Both the position numbers and the translations under genes were made by a program. The notes beneath the pieces were generated by a model. The model saw only the letters and a program-made list of their open reading frames with translations, ran no database searches and was not told the DNA's origin. From NCBI GenBank assembly GCA_963693365.1, contig CAVNZM010000001.1, positions 18,152,783 through 18,216,782 on the forward strand: 64,000 nt of DNA, in the 5' to 3' direction. The first letter of the stretch is position 1, and every line of letters starts with the position of its first letter. Source of the stretch: Amoebidium appalachense (Eukaryota > Protista > Ichthyosporea). Positions 1 through 19,121 of this stretch are shown in pieces.

Positions 1-217
1 TGGATGCATGTCAGCCTAGGTGAATTCAATTGTTTAACTCCAGTGTGCAGGACTGGTCTGAAGGCTTAAGAAAACAACGAGGAAATGGGGTCCAGTGGAG
101 GTGGTGGTGGTGTTCTGTGTGTGTGTGTACACGTGCACGTATGTGTGTGGTTTTTTTAAGGGGTGAGTGGTGGTGGTGGTGGTGGTGGTGGTCACCGTGG
201 TGGTGGTGTGTGTGTCT

Positions 218-271
<54 letters not shown>

Positions 272-1444
272 GGGGGGGGGGGGATAGAAAGAAAAACTGC
301 TCGTGGGTCACTGTTTTTCGTCACTGTATTTGTAACGGGCCGCTCATATTTATATAACTACTTTAATTTAAGTACACGTGTTCATTATCATATACGATGG
401 CCAAATATAGAAATTTTGGCGTCGAAGTTCTTGGAGCTAAAAAAACGTTTAAAAGGGGGAAATAATAGCTTGGCCCCAAATTTACCTTGCCGTTTTTAGC
501 GAATGTATTTTTTATTCATGAGTTCTAGTGATTCAGTGAGTGCACGTGCCTGCCTCAGGCTGATCATGACAACTGCAACACACCATTCCTACATGGATAT
601 CAACCAAAAGAAAATAGTATATACTGTGGTGGTCTCCTAAACCTTGTGCGGCATGCGCATACATGATATTACAGTGACGCATGTGCATATTATTGTTCTG
701 TACACCGGAGTGTGCCGGTGCACGTGGCTGTTTTGTGCACATGTTACAATAGCAGCACGATCTCCCTAAACTCCATGTTTACACATCCCTCACCCTGGCT
801 CTGCCTTGTCGGTGCTCCAAAACACACATACAAATCCCCCTAGACTCAGTGCCTGCACATGGTCGCATTCACGTGCAGGTCACGTGACACATGCGATGCC
901 ATACTGCCGTCTACAGCAACAACCACGGCAGCATGTATACCGGCCCAGCACGAAATATACTTATCGGCAGCCCACTGAACTCGCCCATTTTCTCTTTTTC
1001 ATGTATGTCCCTCCTTTTTTGTAAAATCACCCTTTTTGGCCTCCCGGTAGTGGATTTTGCAGGATTTGACTTCTTTGAGGTCCAAAAACCTCAAATTTTC
1101 CCCGGCGGGGCCGGGGAGGGAGAATTCAAAAATTGCCCGCTCCTGATATGGTACCCGGGCCGTTGGAACGTGGCCTCAATCGCATAACAATTATTGATTG
1201 GGTACATGTCACGTTGCTGTCAGAGCCGTCACCTTGCTCGTTTGGCAACAGGCACTCTCTCAGATCTCCCAGGCTGTGACGTCGATAGTTTTTCGATTCT
1301 GTAGTCGGGTCTTGCTTTCTTTTTCGATACTACAGTTGTCAGGTCATTTTGTGCTTACCTAATGTTGTTTGTGTTTGTATGTATCTCGCCTGAACTTCAT
1401 GCACAACGTTCCACCTGCCGGCAGAAAGCCGATGCCTGTCAAAC

Positions 1445-6581
<5,137 letters not shown>

Positions 6582-8286
6582 CCATACTTATCTGTCTGGC
6601 TGCCAGAGAATTGTGTGGTGCATGTGTGCAAATGTATAATATATAATTTGCATTACAAACACACACAAGCACATGCACGCACACACGCACGCATACACAC
6701 ATGCGCACATGCAGACACCTGCACATACACGACGCCCACTCCAGTAACCCCCCCACTCCAGTAAACCCCCCCCCCCTCCCCCCCCCCCCCCAAAAAAAAA
6801 AAAAAAAAAAAAAGAAAAGGGGGGGGGGGGGGGGGGGGGGGAGAAGGAAGAAAGAGAGGAAGATGACCAAGCAGCGTTGTTTGAAGACCAAATGGCACAC
6901 TACTTAGCACACCTACCTAGCCTGAATGTTGGTGCATTTATCTAATCGAGAGGTCTCAGGCTCGAACCAGCCAACATGACACAGCATTTAAGCTCTCAAA
7001 CCAGTTCAGTCAAATCAAGGGAGCAAACATGTCAAACCGAATGTGTTCAGGTGCTTTATTCCCGCAATGATGTTGCGGACCCTTCCAGTGCTTACCTTAG
7101 TTGCTAGTGTTAGAAGAAAATGTCTTAGCAAGAAGAAATTTGTTGCTCACCAAAAGCCTTCTCAATATTGGTCGGTTAAGGTTTCTCATATCTCTCCACT
7201 ATCTGTGGGGTAAACGGGGAGACTTTTATCTTGGACAAACAAAAGTAACTTACACGGCCACCACACAGGTGCCGGAATGGGTTCCCAGACAGTGATTCGT
7301 ACAGTCACAAGACCACGGAGCCCCCCAGCGGTGTAAGCATGTATGGATCACTGTATGCACGGCAAACATGCGCGGATGATAACCTTTTTTTTTTTTATAG
7401 CTGATAGACGCCATGCACTTACGATATGACAGCCAGTTCGGCATGCAAATACATAAACATAAAAACACTGTGTGTGGGCGCATACATGCATACAAGAACA
7501 TCTAAATTCTCCACACGCACACACGGGTTAAGTAATACCTAGAACCCTTGCGTAGCGACAGCACCGAATGTGCAAAACATGTATGCCACACACGTTTTCT
7601 CGGTTCTCTATCTATCCCGGTCCGCTTTTTTTGTCGAAGATTGTGCTTATGTAAAGGTCTCACTAATTACCTTTGTGGCAGATTGGATTTTCTTGCAGGC
7701 GGTTTGGGAACTGTACGGCAAAGCCATGTAAATGACTCGGATGTAATGTAATGCCGTATCTTGACAATGTTCCGTATTGTGCATTTTGGTATTTTGTGTG
7801 CCGTTTATCTTATATTGGATGTTGTATTCTGTACAATGCGTAGTACATATGGAAAGATATTAACACTGGGTGTGTGCGCATATGCGTTTAGAATGAAGGG
7901 GGGTACGTTTTCTTGTACAGCAATTTGCATATGTTTTAGCTTATATCTGGAGAGTGTTTGCACGAATGAGAACTAAAATATCAGGCGTCTCCATAGGATA
8001 CCAATGTAGATTTGGGTATATGTACACGAACAGACAATTACACACTGAGTAGCCTTAGAATACTTTGTTTATTGTTGAGTCGGCGCCACTGGCAGTGCCA
8101 CTAAAGTGCAAATGATCCCCATCTGGTTTTATGCATTCAATACATGCAGATGCCCAAAAAGAAACATCTCCCCGGCAGTTACATATGACTTCTTACATGT
8201 GCATTCAACACCAAACAATAAGCGCAATGTGACCAACGCAAGTGGGTTGGGTAGGTTGTTGTGCAACGCCATGCATTTGTCGTGCC

Positions 8287-8355
<69 letters not shown>

Positions 8356-8644
8356 GAGGGGGGGGGGGGCCTAGGGAGAGGGGGAGGCGGGTGGGGGGAG
8401 GGGGGGGGGGGGGGGGGGAGGGTTGTCTGTACAGGGATCAGTGCTATGATTGCTCGGGTTAGTGTAGAGGAAGCAAGATTAGTGTTAACGAGCGTGAGTA
8501 CTGCAGAGCACGAGTGTGTGTATGTGTGTGTGTGTACCAGTGTGTTTGTGTTTGTGTTTGTGTGTGTGTGTACCGGGTTCGGGGAGTCGGCTTTGGCCGG
8601 GAGGGGAGGGATGGAGGGGCCGCGACGGGGGATCGACTCAGGAA

Positions 8645-8700
<56 letters not shown>

Positions 8701-9257
8701 GGAGAGGACGAGAAAGGGGCGCTGGCGAGCTCGAGGTCTGGGCCGGGAGCTCGAGGGGAGCTAATTAGAGGACCGTTTGCAATTGGACCCCGGACGAGAG
8801 AGAGGGGGGGGGGGGGGGGGGGGGGGTCAAGATCCTGTGCGCATGCGGAAGAAAGCCTCCGCCCCTCCCCTCCTCCCCCCCCCCCCCCCCTCCCCCCTCC
8901 CCCCCCCCCCCCCCAACCCACCGAAAATAGATATAGTAACTAGAGTAAACATGAGCAAAACAAAAACGATTATCTTCAAACTCAAGAGGCCACATCCTTC
9001 ATTCACAGCACACGGGCATCATCCGATTCCACCAAAGGGATTCGTTTGAAACGGGAGGGGGGTAGTAGTAACGGGTCCTCTCCCCCCCCTCCCCCCCCCT
9101 CCCCCCCCCCCCCCCATCCCCACACACACACACACACGTGACACACACGTGTACCCTTTATGTGTGCTTTGCACTCTGCCACATGTGGTGTCCGCCATGG
9201 ATGTGTACATAAGCCTCCCCTTAACCAACAAGACTAACCACATGTACACACACCGAT

Positions 9258-9860
9258 ATGGAGGGCCAGTTTGGGGGCCGCAGCAAGTGTCCGGACTGGG
9301 GGGTACTCGCAGACACCCAGGCCACTGTGGAGGGCAGCATAGACGCGTAGGGTGCACTGCCCGCTGCAGCAGCACCAAAAACTGTTTCTATGTGGGCTAA
9401 CCCTCAGCACCAAGTCATGCAGTCTCTACACTTATTGCACTAACCGCCAGCCTGCGGCTGGTGTGGTCAGCTTCCAGGTCAACGGTAAATTTATCCCCCC
9501 CCCCCCCCCCCCCCCCCCCTACCCCCGGGTCACTCATGAAATAGCACAGTCCTTGCACATCTATTATTCATGACTCGGAGACCCTAGCCCCCCCCCCCCC
9601 CCCTCCCCCCCCTCCCCCCCTTCCCCCCCAACCAGCACCACCACCCCTCCTGCTCCTTCCCCCCCCCTTCCCCCTCCCCCCCCCCCCCCCCCCCCCGCCC
9701 CCCTTAATCGCCTTCTCCGAGGCTTCTACAATCCGGGTCCCCAGCCCTTGGCCTGCTCTCATGTGCGTCACCACCTTGTGGATCTCTGACACCCACGCCT
9801 CCCCATCTCCTCCTTCCCTTCTACCCTGCCCTTCAACTCTCCCACCCTCTCTGCACACAC

Positions 9861-9957
<97 letters not shown>

Positions 9958-11454
9958 CAGTACATACCCGTCAACGGCAAATGGCCCGCCTCCGGAGGTT
10001 TTGTGTGCGACAGCAGCAAGCTGCTCCAATTCATGAACGATGCTGATGATGCCGCCGACTGCCGCACACGCTGTGTCGATACGGCCGGGTGCAAGTTGTA
10101 CTCGTCGTATGCGCCCAGGTTCAAGTGGTGCAACCTGTACAGCGCATGTGATAGGATGTATCAGCAGGGAGAGGATGTTAACACCTCCGACTTGGATTCT
10201 GGTGCGTGTTTGATCTACCCCCCCCCCTCCCCCCCCCCCCTCAAAAAAAAAGAAAGAAAGAAAAAAAAAAGAAAAAAAAAGGCTAGGCCTTCCGGACAGT
10301 TACGCAGTTCCAGTGCAAAAGTGATTTATAATCCCGCCCTCCCCCCCCCCCCCCCCCCCCTCCCCCCCCCCCCCCCCCCCCCCCTGCCTCCACCACCCAG
10401 TCTCCTTTCCGTTTACTGATTTTTGTGCTGATACTCTAAAGCAATCGGAAAGCATCGGCTTTCCAGGATTTTTTGCCCTCATATCCAGTTTATATTCCTG
10501 TGCAATATTTTTCTTGGATCCCCCCCTCCCCCCCCCATTCCCTCCCTCCCCCCGTTCCTTCCGTTCTGAACGCAACCTCCAATTCCCCTCCCTCCCTCCC
10601 CCCCCTCCCCCCCCCCCCCCCCCCCCCCCCCCCACATACCCACACAGAAACCCACGAACACGCACAAGAATGAATGTAGCACACCCCACCCCACCCCCAA
10701 CTTCCACGAAAAGCCACAAGGAGGAAGCATTAAATTCTTGTATCTGACCCCAGCCTTTTCCACAGTGTCCGTCATCATGGTGCCGGTCGACTAGAGAAAA
10801 AACCCCAAAATGTGCGACACATCCCGCCGCCTTGGCTCCCCCGTCGTAGTACCGGACCTCATGATCACCACCTGTCGTTTGAGCTGCGGTGCAAACCAGC
10901 CAGCATGCCGTTACATCAACTACGAGTCCACCTCCAAACGTTGCACACAGTTCTCTCCTGTTTTCCCCTTGACCCAACACGTTGTGACGGGTGGAAGACA
11001 GTGTAATTCCGCTACCGAACTCACCGGAAACAAGGTGCCAACACAAGTTGATAGTGCTGCATGCCACACCGTGTGCCGTGACACACCCAACTGCCATACA
11101 TCACATACAGCACGGCCACAAAGAAATGTGGTGTGTTTGCTGAGTGCAACGTGGAGGTTGCCCCCGATGGGTCTACCATTCAGTTTGCTACTGGCGCTCT
11201 CAACCCCGAGGGTGCTAATGCCCCCCCCCCCCCCCTCCCCCTCCCCCCTCCCCCTGATGACCCCATGTCACTTGGGCTCTCGCTCTTTTCCTTTCAAAAC
11301 CCCCCCTTTGCTTCCCCCCTACCCCCCTCTCTCCCCCCGCCCCACCCACCCACCCACCCACCTACCCACCCCCGAAAAATAGGCCTGCTAAATTTTTCCA
11401 ACCCCCCCCCTCCCCCCACCCCACCCCCTTCCCCCCCCTTCTCCTCCCCCGCCT

Positions 11455-11524
<70 letters not shown>

Positions 11525-12719
11525 ACCACCACCCAACCACCCAATCTAGAAAACCAGGCTCGCTGGTTTCCTTCCAGCACACCCCCTCCCTCCCCCTCTC
11601 CGCCCTCCTCCGCCCTCCCCCCCATCCCCCCACCCCCCACCCCCATCCCCCCCCCCCCCCCTCCCCGCCCTCTCCCCCCCCCCCCCCCCCCCCCTTCCCA
11701 CCCACCCAAAAAAACTAGACTCGCTTGTTTCCTTCTGCCCCCCCCATTCCCCCCCCCCCCCTCCCCCCCCCCATTCCCCCCCCCCCCATCCCTCCCCCCC
11801 CCCCCCCCCCCCCTTTCCCGCCCACCCAAGAAAACTAGGCTCGCTCATATCCTTCTGCAATCCCATCACCACCACCACCCCCTCCCCTTAAAAAAAAAAA
11901 AAAACCCACCTCCCACTCCACCCCACCCACCCACCCAACCAAGATATCTTTGTGGGAAATTGTTTTGGAAGAAAAAAAAATCGTAGTGCTGCTATGAAAG
12001 TTTCTCTATACCATCCCCAGCACACCTGTTCTCCCTCCCACTGCCCTACCTCGCCTCGTGCAATTAGCTCGTTATTCCTTGTAGCACCTGCTTTCCACAT
12101 GAACCCCCACCATTCAGCCTGAACTGAATATTCCCCACCCCATGCAGCCCTGGACTATGCACTCGTGACCATCATTTTCAACAACTCCAACGGCAAGACA
12201 CATCCCCGCACCACTGTGCACATTACTTTTCCCGATGGGACCCCCGTCACCACCTCCACCACCGACCTTAACGGTAAAATATCGATTAAGGTTCGCCCTG
12301 GCCAATATGTTGTAACACCTACGTTCCCTGCCGATCGCAAACCGACAGAGCAGAAATCCCCTGTCACGCTTGTGTCTGGACAGAGCAAGGATATCATAAA
12401 AACCTTCACCGTGGCCAACGAAATCGGTACGATTACGATTGTGATTACCGATTCCGAAGGAAATGCGCTCAGCAAAATCAAATTTGAGATTTATGATGAA
12501 GCTGGCAACCTTGTTGACACCGAGACCACTGATGAATTGGGCAAAATTACGATCTCTGTTCCTAGTACGTGGCAAATACACCATTAAACCCATTTTCCCT
12601 TCCGATCGCCAACCCCTGCCCGGCCAGCCGCTGAGACCTCATACACCTGTGTGGTTGTCCCCGGCCAAAACAAGGACTTTGCCGTTAAGCCTGCCCTGCC
12701 CCCGCGCAACCTTAAAAAG

Positions 12720-12768
<49 letters not shown>

Positions 12769-14349
12769 ACACACACACGGACACGCACACATACAAAAAA
12801 AAAAAAAAAAAAAAAACAGTTGGTTACGACTGTCGATTCCCCCATCCCGCCCCGCCCCCCCCACCCACCCACCCTGCCACCACCACCCGGAACCACCCGG
12901 AACCACCCGGAACCACAACCACCACCACACACACACACTCTCTCTCTCTCCCATCTCCCCCCCCCCCCCCCCCCCAGCCTTCCTCCCCTCCCTCTCTCTC
13001 CCCCTCTCCCCCCCCCCCCCCCCTCCCCCCTCCCCCCCGACTGGGGTCCCCATTTCAATGTCCTCCTCGCTTGCTGTCTGGGGTTTTTATTTTTTCCCCT
13101 CCTCACATCCTGTCTGGGGTTTAAAATTCCAAGTTCTTTTTTATTTTTGGTTACCGTAAAGTGCTCCTTGCTCGTGCACCACACATGCAGCTCAGTGATC
13201 TGACCGTTCACTGTTTGCACCCAGGCAAAATCCTTGGGTTCATCTTCAACCACAAGAACAACAACAACAAGGCCGACGCTGGTGAGGGTATTGCCCAGAC
13301 ACCCATCACACTCCAATTTAACGGGAAACCATTCCGCCCCGTGGTGAACACAAACCCCGCTGGTGCATACGAACTCACCTCCATCCCACCCGGAACATAT
13401 GTTGTGGTTGTGCGTGAAATCCCCGGATTTAAGCTCCCACCCAGCGTTGTTCGCACTAGGACACTTACTGTTAGCCCTGGCTCCACGGCTCAGTTTGACT
13501 TCAGAATTGTCGGTGCTACACCTCATCCTTCCCCCGCTACCAAGCTTGGTAAGTGACCCTAATCTAGTGGCTTACATAATCTGATAAATACCCCCCCCCC
13601 CCCCCCCCCCCCCCCTCCCCCCCCTCCCCCCTTCGGCTTTTTTTTTTTTCCTGGAGGGTGAGATTTTGTTGGGATGCAGAGACCAGCAATTATGCAAGCG
13701 CTACAATGGGATAACCGGCTTTTCCTCTGCAGTGTATTTGTGCGAGTGTGAATACTGTGCGCGCCCGCACATTTGTGTGTGCAAGTGTGTCGGTGGGCAG
13801 GTCAAGGGATAGAGGGCCCTGATGGGTGGGAAAAGAGAGGGGGGGGGGGGGGAGCCAATAACGGAGTGGATGGCCACTTTTGTATTTTTCAATGTCTGTT
13901 TTGATAAACGTGCTGCTCTACACCAGCATGTATATGGTTTTTCCGGCCCCACGAGTTTGCCTGATGCACCCATCCAATCCAACCCACGTACCACCCATCC
14001 CCACAGCGGAGATCAGCGGGCAGGTGTTTGTAGACAGGGACACCAACCAGAAGTTCAGCAAAGGGGACACCCTCATTCCGGACATTCCCATCCTCCTGCT
14101 TGGGCCCACAGGCACAACCGTTGCCCAAGCCGTCACCGATAAAGATGGTAATTTCGTGTTCCCGCCAGTTCCCGCCGGGAAATATTCGGTTGTTGCAGAT
14201 TTGCGATCGAGTCAAGATGTGGCCAGCCCTGAGGCCACGGCACATATCAAAGCCAAGGCTGGTGGCAAGTTCATCATTGACTTTGCTATTCAACGTATGT
14301 GATTAACCCCCCCCCCCCCCCCCCCCACCCACCCACCCACCCCCCTTCC

Positions 14350-14401
<52 letters not shown>

Positions 14402-15144
14402 CCCCTCCCCCCCCCCCCCCCCCCCGCCCTCCCCGCTCTCATCCACCCTCCCCTCCCCCTCCTTCCCCCCCACCCACCCATCGCACCCCTTCTCTCCCAC
14501 CCTATCTTCCACCCTTGTCACTTGAAGTGCATTGCTAATACTATAATCAATCAATGGATGCGAATTAGCAATCCGCACTGTGAGCTGAGCAACGATTAAC
14601 TTTAATCCAAAACTTTTGAAAACAGATACGAAATTGCACTCAAGAGATGGCTCTCTCTCTCCCTCCCTCCCTCCCTCCCTCCCTCCCTCCCTCTCTCCCT
14701 ATCTCCCTCCCTCCCTCCCTCTCTCCCTCCCTCTCTCCCTCCTTCCCCGTCTCCCCCCCTTCTCCCCCCTTCTTTCTCTGTGTGGGTGTAAGTGTGTGTG
14801 TGTGCCCCCCTCCCCCCCCCCTCCCCCTCCCCCCCCCCCCCCCCCCCCCCCGCCCGCGGCCTCCTCTCACCCTCCTTTTTTTTAATTCCCCCGCCCGGGA
14901 TCTTGTGCTGTTGTGGTTCTTTCCGGCCTGTGTATCTTTCAGGTTATATTATTCTTTTTTCTTCTCATTCCAGGCGTGGTCCTCTATAGGCCCGGACGCG
15001 GCCAGTTTTCCACTCACTCACTCCTTTTTTTTTGTTTTTTTTAATTTATTTTGATTATGTTTTTTTGCTGCAGCTGCTGTGGAGGGTGTGGACAACTTCG
15101 AAGATCTCGGGGACACATACGGGTTTGAAGACGGCCAATATTGA
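9258..15144 (+). pseudogene. Disrupted multi-exon gene with ~4 PAN/Apple-like Cys domains followed by ~4 Cna-B/SdrD-B-like (prealbumin-fold) repeats. Exons ~9258-9484, ~9953-10201, 10766-11211, 12148-~12710, 13225-13548, 14007-14294, 15074-15144
   Basis: PAN-type Cys spacing CxxxC...C...CxL (e.g. DCRTRCVDTAGCKLYSSYAPRFKWCNLYSAC). Cna-B-like TTDxxGxI...VxPGxY. SdrD-B-like GKILGFIFNHKNNNNKADAGEGI and ISGQVFVDRDTNQKFSKGD...VTDKDGNFVF...GKYSV. Splice sites are phase-1 compatible. Lesions: stop/frameshift ~9348, frameshift ~9398, in-frame TAG 10792, frameshifts ~11096, ~12568, ~12631. 5' end not resolved (possible degenerate exon ~8060-8250). Confidence 0.75.
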
Positions 15145-15452
15145 GCAACCGAGATCATCTCAAATCTGCATGATTGATACTTGTGTGTACTATAATTATT
15201 AATATATGATCTAATTGATAACGATGGATTCATTTAATACAATAATAATGATGATATGTTAGTTATGAAATACACGAAACTGATGCGCTAGGCCATGCAT
15301 CAACACACTGTATGCAAATTGATGTTGTTTTTTTTCCTTCTTCCCTGCTCTTTTTTATTAGCCATAATTGGCATTGCGCTGCCAGGCTTCACGTTGCCAA
15401 TTAAGCGCACGAGCAAAAGTTTAACAGGTGTCCCTGGGGGAGGGGGGGGGAT

Positions 15453-15489
<37 letters not shown>

Positions 15490-15672
15490 AGGACATGTGG
15501 CCTTCGAAAAGGTTGACGGGGTGGTGCCGACCACAAATAGTTTTTAAAGATTCTCCACAAGCCACTCCAATTGCCTATGGAAACCGGCATATCTTTGCTA
15601 TCGGCAGGCACCCCCTTCATTTACGGGCACACGAAATTCTGAGCAGTAACCCACATGATTGATTTGGCGAAG

Positions 15673-15743
<71 letters not shown>

Positions 15744-15790
15744 CCTCCCCCCTCCCCCCCCCCCCCCCCCCTCCCCCCCCCCCCCCCCCA
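15673..15790. repeat. Long poly-C (poly-G on minus) tract
   Basis: More than 100 nt almost purely C. Confidence 0.95.
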
Positions 15791-15920
15791 CAGCCCACAC
15801 ACACACCACTTCATATACTGGTCAGGCTGCAGCAGGAACATAATGATATTGTATGCATACTTTCATGTAGGTGGCTTCAGGTGAGTGGAGATGTAGCTTT
15901 AGTGACAAGCCCAAAGGAGG

Positions 15921-15955
<35 letters not shown>

Positions 15956-16124
15956 TTGAAAAAAACTGTGGGGGTTAATGAGTTTTCGATTTCTGCCACC
16001 CAATCCGATTGCGAAGATTCTGTTGGCATAATTGTAGTTGCTTTTGGTAATGGTTGCAAATGGAGTGCTTAGTAGACAGTAACGGGGAGCGAGATATATA
16101 TATCATGATATTATAGTATCATCT

Positions 16125-17050
<926 letters not shown>

Positions 17051-18977
17051 AGTGTGCGTGTGTCACGAAGTGTGTGCACGGGCAGACGGGGAAACTATCA
17101 ATATATTGGCTTGTCATTTTACGTAGCCATTGCATATATATTCGGGCACGCCTCGGGGCCGTGTTGCTCAGCATTGCACAACAACGTGCCGAGCGTTCCG
17201 TAACCCGGCCCGGGCGTAGAAAAACTTGAGAATGCATTTTTTATTGGGAGAATCAAGCGTAGACAAAATATGTAGCTTCTGCAGCCAGGCCTCTTTTTCC
17301 ATATTTACAACTTCCCATTGTTGCTAACCAATTTGTTTTTGCAGGTTTATTACGTATTATTCCATATGAGTGTCATTACAAAACATATCCCATATATAAA
17401 TGAAGCAGGCTGGCGCGGGACTCCCCCGGGACCCCGTGCCCGGGCTGCCCGGCCCGTGATCCAGCACGCGTACACGCTATCAGCACCTACATAGCATGCA
17501 TCATGAGGCCTGGAGGCTGGCTGGAGCTGCCCACCGTAGGTACATATGTGAATGCCGCCAAGCATACAGGACATGGATGACCATACTTCTAACCAGTTAT
17601 TCGGTTTCGCAAGGGTGTTATGTTTTTTCCTAGTCTATAGTCTACTGACAGACACAAGGTGACATGGAAAGGAACTGTCGCCGACTGAACCTGCAACTAA
17701 TGTACAGATACTGCGGAATTTCGGAGGCCAATGTAGGGAGCCAATCGTTGTGCACGGAATCCCAATCCTCGGAACCATCTGCCAATGAAATATTAGTAGC
17801 AACATCTGATTGGTTTTTAATTCCGATTGGGGCAGATCGAATATCGATGACAGTGTGACACTGGCGCGGTGTACAAAGCTCCAGGGCTTACACCCCCGTA
17901 CATGACAATGACGGTTTATTGCTACGGAAAACTTCAGTTGCAGTATGTAGGCATATAATAAGCTGCAATACTTCTGGGCTACCTCTGCTGTTGCTTTTAT
18001 TCGTAATCCCCCAAGAGAATTCAAAGTATGGGCCCTGCCCGAGCAGGGTAAAAAGCATAAGTTTCAGGCAGCCTGGCCGCAGCCATACATGGTAATGACC
18101 CATTGGCTCGTAGGAAGCGCAGTTGTCCGTCGACACGGCGAAATGACTAGGATTCCAATCTGCGTAAACTATATAAACATTAACTAACAACCGGTTGATA
18201 TCAACAACTGAGGTAAACAGCAGGCGGTATCAGTTCTGGCCAGATCCCTTTGTTATGTTTTACCTACCTCGGGCATCCACTGGGCTCCTGGTCCAATCAA
18301 AACACTCACTTTGCTTTCTGAATGTGATTGGTAGACGAGAAGCTCAGAGAGGGTCCCTCATGACTACCAAATTTAGGGGCTCTAAGTCAAAAAGTTTCAA
18401 TAATAAATGTCGAGTAAGCAAGAATGTACCTAATATTAGTCTTGCTACTCTCGGAAGATTTTAATATGAGTTTAAAATCAATCACATTCAAGTGAACAAA
18501 TTGAAAATAAACTCAAATTTTTGGTCTGGCGAGGCACCATACTCCTCCTATTATCTTCTTCACAGTCACAGTCTCAACGGAGTCATAGCAAGGAAAAAAT
18601 TGGAATCGAATATAATTCAGTATGTTCCTTCACAATGTTCACATTTCGCTGACCTTATTATTATCTAATTCATTCTTTTCTCAGTATCCGACAGTAGCAG
18701 ATATGTGATATCTAGATTGCTTCTATTTCGAAAAGATTATTAATAAGCTTGAATAGAGTCTCTATAAAAACATTTTCACTTGCCGCTCATCAACATATGT
18801 ATCAATAAAGTCATTATAAAAAGAAAATCACTAAAGCCCCATTGTTTTCTCAGGATAAAACAGGCTCTTGCACTAGTATTAGGGGACTGTTTTAAATTGT
18901 TTTAACCCAATGTTATTTTGGTTTTAAATGATGTCATGGACAGCAATCGCCAAGCCTTCCTTATGTTTTGTTCCCTG

Positions 18978-18985
18978 TATAAAAG
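18978..18985 (+). promoter_or_regulatory. TATA box upstream of the DUB-like gene
   Basis: TATAAAAG about 140 nt upstream of ATG 19122. Confidence 0.5.
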
Positions 18986-19121
18986 GGCCTGCGTAGCCGT
19001 CGGGCTTGTGTCGCTTGCTCAGCAACCCAAACCGATAACGCTACAAAAGACGCGTAGAGTTACGTCGTAAAGCTAAGAAGGTGAAATTGATTGACTTTTT
19101 ATCTTCTTATAGCTTCGAAAA

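Noticed and set aside
395-430. Weak similarity to ~51210-51240 (GGCCAAATA...ATTTTGGCGT) suggesting a dispersed repeat
   Set aside because: Too short and degenerate to support by eye
879-888. GTCACGTGAC (CLEAR/E-box) upstream of gene 1
   Set aside because: Single short motif in CA/GT-rich sequence where CACGTG arises often; unsupported
9340-10800. Stop-codon reassignment (in-frame TAG/TAA in PAN exons)
   Set aside because: The same locus also has frameshifts, and intact genes here terminate with TAG (20045, 43406), TAA and TGA
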